DNA of 13,118 bases from Zygophlyctis sp. KS116 (taxonomy: Eukaryota; Fungi; Chytridiomycota). The notes under the pieces are model-generated. The model had not been told where the DNA came from, ran no database searches, and saw nothing but the letters and a program-made list of their open reading frames with translations. Where the stretch lies: positions 1 through 13,118 of the forward strand of contig BAAFSQ010000277.1 in NCBI GenBank assembly GCA_054661495.1. Direction: 5' to 3'. A program made the translations under genes and the position numbers. This document shows positions 6,802 to 13,118 of this stretch, piece after piece (position 1 is the first letter of the stretch; every line of letters starts with the position of its first letter).

Positions 6802-9259
6802 TTATTTTAGAGAAATCCGAGCCAAAAGTTCCTCCAACACTGCTCGTTCAATTGCAGATGTCGTGCTTTTTACAGAGTTTAAATAAGCTTCAGCCTGAGA
6901 TTTATGACCAGCACGAATTAATGTTTCAATTACTGATATAATACTAAAACGGGGAGTGGTTTTTACAAATTTATCTAGCCCATCCCAGTTTTGAGTCTAA
7001 AATTAATTTAAAAACCCAAAAAGTACCTGAACAAAAACTTTAAGTCTAAGCCAACAAAAGCGTTTTTCTGAAACTTTGAAGTCTGATTTGATTTTGGCTG
7101 CTTTACTAATATTTCCTATGAAAAGAAGTTTTGTAATAGTATCGCTCACGGGCAATCCAATAAACGATTGTCCAAGATCTTTTTCAAGAGAAACTTGAGC
7201 TCCTAATAGTTTAACTTGTTCATCAGTCATCTTGGCTTCAAATGCATGCTTTTTATCATCACTAAACATTCTTGTAGCCATTTTTAACTTTTCTTGGTAA
7301 TTTCCGGGATCTGAAGAGCTTAGTCCTTCCAAAAGTACAAGTTTTGCACCATCTGCTCTTCTGTCATCTTGATAATAAAAATCTTTCAGCAAATTAATAT
7401 CATTCTGTCGTGCGTAAACCTCCAACAGACTCGCTGCGATCGGTTTTTTATTAAGTAGCCTGAAAAACTCTGCCAATGGTAGCTTTCTTTTCATATGGAA
7501 CATTGTAAAGTATACAAGATCACTGTCGCCACTTTCTATAGCCTTATTCAGCGCTATTTCATCTTCTTGCATGCTTAGCAAAAGTGGAACACGATCAGCT
7601 ATTCGAGGCTCTTGTTCCAAAAGCTTTCATGTTAGTAATTTTTTTGGCTAACCTTTATAGCCAACTTTCTTCTGCCAGTATCATAAGCCGTTTTTGCCAC
7701 ATCTGAAAGTGAATACATCTTATGTCCACAACTTTGAAATTTTTGAATAATCTTTTGAGAAAGAACAGTTTCATCTTCAATCGATGTTTTAATCTTGTGA
7801 CATGCCCAATGAACTAAAACCCCATGAAACTCAATGTTTAAGTATTTTGCAATCTTTAGAGCCAAAACATGCAAATTCCTGTTGATCAGTTTTTTGATAA
7901 TCATTTGATATGAAATTTGAGCTAATCTACATTGATTAATCTAATTAGTTTACTCTGCATGTGTCAAGTATAATCCAACGTGTGGATCACGAATAGCATT
8001 TAGTACTCTAATTATCCTACATTTTTGCACAAACTTATCTGCAGGATAATGCTGTAGAAAACATTTTCCAAAGCTAGCGGCCCTCATTAACTGCTTTTGA
8101 ACATCATGATCAAATTCATCTGCAGCAGCTTCGATGCATGTATCTACGGCACTTTCAAGTTGATGTGAAAGAATTCTGATACATTCTTCAGCTCTTGGAT
8201 TCTTATTTTCGTACAATTCAGCTGCATCATAAAGACCAGCTCCTGGGCTAGTTGAACCAATTCTAAAAATCGATTCAACAGCAAAAGGAACCTTTTGTAA
8301 AAATTCTGAATAATTTCCACTAATTATTCTTATCCCATCACATTCAGACAATAAATGAACTCTACCATTTGGCGTATAGCTAATCCAATCACCCGAAGGT
8401 CCAACAACCCATAACATGTTATCCCAATGCAAAACTACAGAATCATTACCACACCACTCCATCTCTAAAGGCACTAATGTCTTATTAGTATTGATTTTTG
8501 CAAGACATTTTTGAAAATCTATACTATATACATGAAGGATCCCTGAATCTGAAAAAAGCGCAATTAGAGTTCCATTTGGAGAAAGTGCCATTTTCTTAAA
8601 GGGCACTCCATCTATCTTCTAAATTTTACTTTATCAACTGATTTTACCTGATCTAAAACAAAACTCGAATCCAAAATCATCAAACTATCAAAAGAACTGA
8701 TTAAAACTTCTACATGTTTTGATCCACTTAAATGAGGAGGAATCACAATCCAACTTTCCGGTTCACAAGCTAGACCACTAGATTTTAGAATTTTTGGTCT
8801 TGGTTCTGATAAATCTGAAACTGCAATAAATTCAAACGACTCTGTTAATGCAACCAAACCCGTTGAATAGATCTTTGCTTGGATAATTTTACCATATGAG
8901 TGTAGTTGGAATGTTGAATATTCACCCATCAAATTATAAATCAAAACATTCCCATCCTCCAAAACAATGATTAAAGTTTCGGCAAAAGTCCAACCGACGC
9001 CGACCGCCTTTCCTTCAAAATCAGCCGTAAATGAAATCTGTCCGGATCCAGTTGTTACAGTTAATTTCCTTGTCTGATCAGGAGAAGCAATGGTTATTTT
9101 TAGAGATTTGATAAATGCAAAGAGTCCAGTAGCGCAAGCAACAACATAATCCCCAAAATCATTAAACGGCCAATCAAAAGAATATAAAATAGTCTTTCTT
9201 TTACTTTATTAAATACTAAAAAACCTATAATATGTATCCTGCAAGAGATTCCAGTCCAT
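6802..9259 (-). CDS. VPS16: Vacuolar protein sorting 16 (HOPS/CORVET subunit), about 771 aa, 6 exons
   Basis: Exons 9259-9225, 9197-8648, 8618-7954, 7926-7653, 7623-7027, 6996-6802. Introns 9198-9224 (27 nt), 8619-8647 (29 nt), 7927-7953 (27 nt), 7624-7652 (29 nt), 6997-7026 (30 nt). Motifs: MDWNLLQDTYYRK, WCGNDSV, IFRIGSTSPGA, QKQLMRAASFGKCF, VLVHWACHKI, VPLLL, KAIESGDSDLVY, FKVSEKRFCWL. Confidence 0.95.
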
Positions 9260-9276
9260 TATCACAAACTCCCTAA

Positions 9277-12200
9277 TCACTTTTTCAGCTCCACAAACAA
9301 TGTTGCAATCAATTCATCTACCAAAGTGTACAATAACTGTTGGTTTAGCTTCTTGTTTTGTAATATATATAGTAATCTTTCTGCTCCACGCTTTGCATTA
9401 GATCGTCCAACCATTCCTCCAAAGATTTCTGGAAAAACTGACACAAGTTTAGACAATGAGTCCGATCGAGTCTTCTTTTTTTGTTCATTGGTTCTAATTA
9501 CAGTTGGAGCTTCGTAAAACGACTTCCCATTAGGCCATAAGTAGGATAAAATCCATTCAAGAAAATTAACAGCTGTATGCAATTCACCTGCCCAACCGAG
9601 ATTTTCAGTGACACGCCTTTCTACTGTTCCTCCAAAAAGCTGCTGTAAAAGAATAACTACGGCTTGATGTCTAAGCCAATTGTTACGCTCTTTTAGTTCA
9701 AATAACTCGATAAAAAGATCAATCACTGCATCAGTTGCTGAAATTGATAAATCTCCAGAGGGTGAAAGAGAAGAGTTCAAGATATTTGGGCTCGGTGATG
9801 AATTATAGGAATCAGCTGGTGTTAAATCTAATACACTATTAGATTCAAACAAATCAGTAGAGTCATATTTGGGATCTGCTTTAGACGGGAGTAATAATTT
9901 CTTCAGTATGTAGTCTGAACATAAAAATCTGATAAAATCAGTATTATTACGCACATCTGGTATTTTTAATAATGCCTATTGTAAATATTTTTACTTTTAA
10001 ATTACTCTTAGGTATTTTTCTAGTCCCCTTCGTCGTGCTTCTGTAAGCTGTGTTGTCATCTTCATCAATCCAGTCAACATTTTACCCGGAAATTCTAGCT
10101 GAGAGACAGATGAAAAGCTAGTCTTCAATTTTATATGCAGAGCTTCAAATTCAGAATATCTTCTTTGAATTATCCATGAAGCCGGAAACGTTTCTTGGGC
10201 TCGTTCAATGAGAACTTCTATGGGATAAGCAGTAAATGCACGTCCGTCTTCCCTAATTGTTTTTACTTCTGAAATTTTCACAATTACATTACCCTATAAT
10301 TAATATTTCAAAAGGCTTTCTTACCTTGAAAATGGATTCCGTGCTATCTTTTTCCTTTAGCCTTTTTTCTAATTTTGCTTGCTCTAACTCAACTTGCAAT
10401 CCTCTCCTCATAAGGGCCAGCTGTCTTGAACTTTTAGAATCCAATTCATCCTTTTTTAATTCGAGAATTTCTACTTCCAGCCTGGCCAGCTCCTGTTCAA
10501 GTTGTGAAATATGGTCATAGCTTTCCTTGTGGAGATTCGATTCTTTCAAATTAAGTCCCATTTGCGATCGAGAAGAACCGACCGAACTAGAGTTAGTGTC
10601 TCTTATATGAAATGCTGGTTCAGTTGCAGATCGCGAAAGTCCCCTTAAAAAGCTTCCAGTAAATGAAGCTTTACGAATATGACCAGAATTATGCGCATTA
10701 GAATCGCTATCGGATGATTGACCTCCACCAATTGATTTCTTTCTATTTCTGCCTTTTGAAGCCAATCCTTTCTTCACAAATGAAAACCCTTTTTCTTCTG
10801 AAGAAATAATAGACTGAAGTTCTCCTTCAACATTTTCTACTCCATCTTTTCTCGAAGGGATGGTGTCATTTCCACAAGATTTTGGGTCCTTTTTGATTTT
10901 TTTGAAGAAATTTGACACCTTAAATCTAAATTTGTCCCGATCAGCAAGAATCATGCGATATTTATCACTGTAAGATAATCCATCACCTACTTCATCATCA
11001 TCAAGATCCACATTCAATTTCTGATTTTGATATATACTTGATTTAATATAAAGTTCATAATCCCTTTCCATCTGATGCAAAACATTCAACTTTACTTTTT
11101 TTAAAAGATGAAACCATGCAAGGGATTGTTCGAACAGAGACTTTTTGGTATCGAGACTATTGATGCAATTCTGAAAATCTTGTGCTAATTGTTCATCTAT
11201 ATCAATGAAAACAGATTTATCCAGGAAAAAATCTTGATTGAGCTTTTGTAAATCTTCCATTAATATTGAGTCTGGTTTCCCAACCCAAGAATCTCCTTGA
11301 GGATTTATCAGCAAGCTTATCTGATCTTCAATTCCAGTGAGAATCATATACAATTGTAAATACGGAAGACGCCCATCCTTATCAATGAAATATACAAATG
11401 ACGACAATAAATGAGGATCCTCCAAAGTCTCAACTAGAGATGGAGGAGTCTTACTTGAATGATCATTTGAAATTATATTCTAAGTGTAAGTTCTTTATAG
11501 TCTCTTACCAGAGTCTTCCCTCCTAATGCTTTAATTCTTTTATCAATCCGCTTTTCTGCAACATTTAACCTATTTATATACTAAAATTCAGTAAATTTGT
11601 AAAAAATACTATTCTAATTTCGGACACACGAACACCATTAATTATATCATCTCCTCCATAACCAGCTACAACCCATCATAAAACAAAAATTACCAATTTC
11701 ATGTTTCTTTTTCAAAATTTCTGTATGAATAGTATCACGAATCCCAAAAGCATCCAAAAGATTATCACATTTTTTAATTTGTTTGATAAAATTATCAAAA
11801 CTTGGAGGTCTATTTAACAAATCAAAATTCTCTAATTCATCATCTGACCTCTCTAGTCTATCCATAGCTTCATTAACCTTTTTATCTAGAGAATATTCTA
11901 GTATTAGTTTTTCGGCAATCATATCAAAAGTCTGATTCCAAAAATCAGAATCTGCCATTGAGTCTATTATAGGCTGAATCACTTTACAAACCAAAATTTC
12001 TCTTAATAGAATCGTAATAATTTTAACATCCTCTGATTTTGGTAATAATAGTGGTATTATAGGTTTAAATAATTTTCGTAGATATGCTTGTTCTATACCA
12101 ACTGTTGATCCAGAAATAGCACTAGTTGCAGGATGAATTTTCCCAGATCTATTAATTTTTAAATTTCAAGAATTACTTGTAACATCGTAGTACATCCAAA

Positions 12201-12853
12201 TCCGCATCATCAACACGCAAATTCTCTCCTCGAGCCAATTTTTCTGCTTTACAAACTTCCTTGATATGATTAGTTAAAATTGGTAGCATTTTGTAAATAA
12301 TAAACTGAACAAAATCCATTCTTTCAAATCGCCTTGTTAATTCATAAAATACAAACCATAGACTATTTTCCACCTTGAAAGTAAATATTTGACAAGGAGA
12401 TAAATTCTGAAACCAACCTTGAATGAAATCTCTACATAGATACATTATAAATTCCCCAACTGCTTTTTGATATTTTGAAATTATTAGTGGATCTAGTCTA
12501 TTCATATCCTCTGAACTTGCAGAAGTATTACTTGTCGGACGCATTGGCCTTGGATTTATAAGAAGTTGCGGCCTAGCTTTAACTTCACCCAATCTCTTTA
12601 TTGAATATTCGGACCAAGTCTTTGACTGCGCCAAGAGGCATCCATTAGAGTTTAAAGGACTACACAGACTATATAAAGGAATTTGTGGAAGAAATATCCA
12701 TGAATAGATTGCGAATCCAGATATAAAAACTACTAATAATCCAATAGCATCAACTAGTAAATTTAACCAAGACCAAGATCCAAAACATGCCAATAATAGT
12801 ATAGCTGTAGAAAGTTTAATAGGATGATTTAAACAAACGACCAAGACTCTCAT
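9277..12853 (-). CDS. MDM1: TM-PXA-RGS-PX-PXC sorting nexin (Mdm1/SNX13/SNX14/SNX25 family), about 1133 aa, 7 exons
   Basis: Exons 12853-12177, 12148-11694, 11665-11610, 11580-11509, 11479-10325, 10293-10006, 9975-9277. Introns are 28, 28, 29, 29, 31 and 30 nt. Two N-terminal TM helices; PXA (RDFIQGWF, IHPA, EQAYLR, LLREILVCKVIQP); RGS-like (TLEDPHLLSSFVYFID); PX (WIIQRRYSEFEALHIKLK, FPGK, RRRGLEKYL); PXC (DLFIELFELKERNNWLR). Confidence 0.9.
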
Positions 12854-12921
12854 TTCTTTCTTTAAAATTCTACGAACGGTTGGACTGTGCTGTCTCTCTT
12901 TTGTAGTAAATCTCAATCTCA

Positions 12922-12992
12922 ATTATGGTAAAACTAAAACTAAAACTATATTATGGTAAAACTATAAGAAGAACTATAAGTAAGTACTATAG
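12922..12992. repeat. Short degenerate tandem repeats upstream of the sorting nexin gene
   Basis: ATTATGGTAAAACTA occurs at 12922-12936 and 12950-12964. AAAACT is repeated three times between them. ACTATA occurs at 12945, 12961, 12973 and 12986. Confidence 0.7.
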
Positions 12993-13016
12993 GGCAACAG
13001 AAAAAGTGAAAATTAT

Positions 13017-13118
13017 ATGTCTAGTCTTGGCTTCCAAACTATTAAATCTAAAAACAATTACAATTTTATAGGATCTACTCCGACTCTCTTGCATGAAATG
13101 GAAATGGATAATATCAGC
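13017..13118 (+). CDS. Possible 5' start of a divergently transcribed gene (partial)
   Basis: The ATG at 13017 is open for 34 codons to the window edge (MSSLGFQTIKSKNNYNF...). No recognisable homology. Confidence 0.25.
   Translation, partial: MSSLGFQTIKSKNNYNFIGSTPTLLHEMEMDNIS

Noticed and set aside
1610-10520. Shadow ORFs 1610-1813, 3664-3915, 3812-4021, 4497-4682, 5058-5360, 5357-5554, 6186-6608, 9326-9517, 10257-10520
   Set aside because: They are antisense or out-of-frame overlaps of well-supported genes, several with non-ATG starts, and have no recognisable motifs.
679-12853. Fragmented ORFs as pseudogenes, programmed frameshifts or an alternative genetic code
   Set aside because: Every break is bridged by a GT-AG intron that restores frame and conserved motifs, and no stop codon remains inside the spliced exons.
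12854-12922. N-terminal extension of the SNX ORF from TTG 12922 (likewise ERG28 from TTG 3608)
   Set aside because: These are non-ATG starts from the ORF caller. The first ATGs (12853 and 3578) give family-typical N-termini.
12922-12992. CRISPR array, telomeric repeat or transposon end
   Set aside because: The units are short, irregular and few, there are no unique spacers or terminal inverted repeats, and the context is eukaryotic.

Overview
AT-rich, extremely compact eukaryotic DNA. The gene content (ERG28, Swi5/Sae3, Mdm1-type sorting nexin, GT10 fucosyltransferase) suggests an early-diverging fungus or relative; this is inference. Plus strand: the 3' end of a probable GPI-anchored protein, a small HAPSTR1/C16orf72-like protein, a RasGEF and SWI5/SAE3. 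Minus strand: a head-to-tail run of MDM1/SNX13-like sorting nexin, VPS16, a GT10 fucosyltransferase-like gene, RRP9 and ERG28, separated by only 15-75 bp. The broken ORF track is fully explained by 17-18 ultra-short (24-31 nt) GT-AG introns. The single exception is a 182-nt RRP9 intron, which contains a two-hairpin, ACA-terminated RNA: a probable intronic H/ACA snoRNA with guide pockets matching a conserved 18S rRNA segment. All splicing, folding and homology calls were made by eye; no searches were run.
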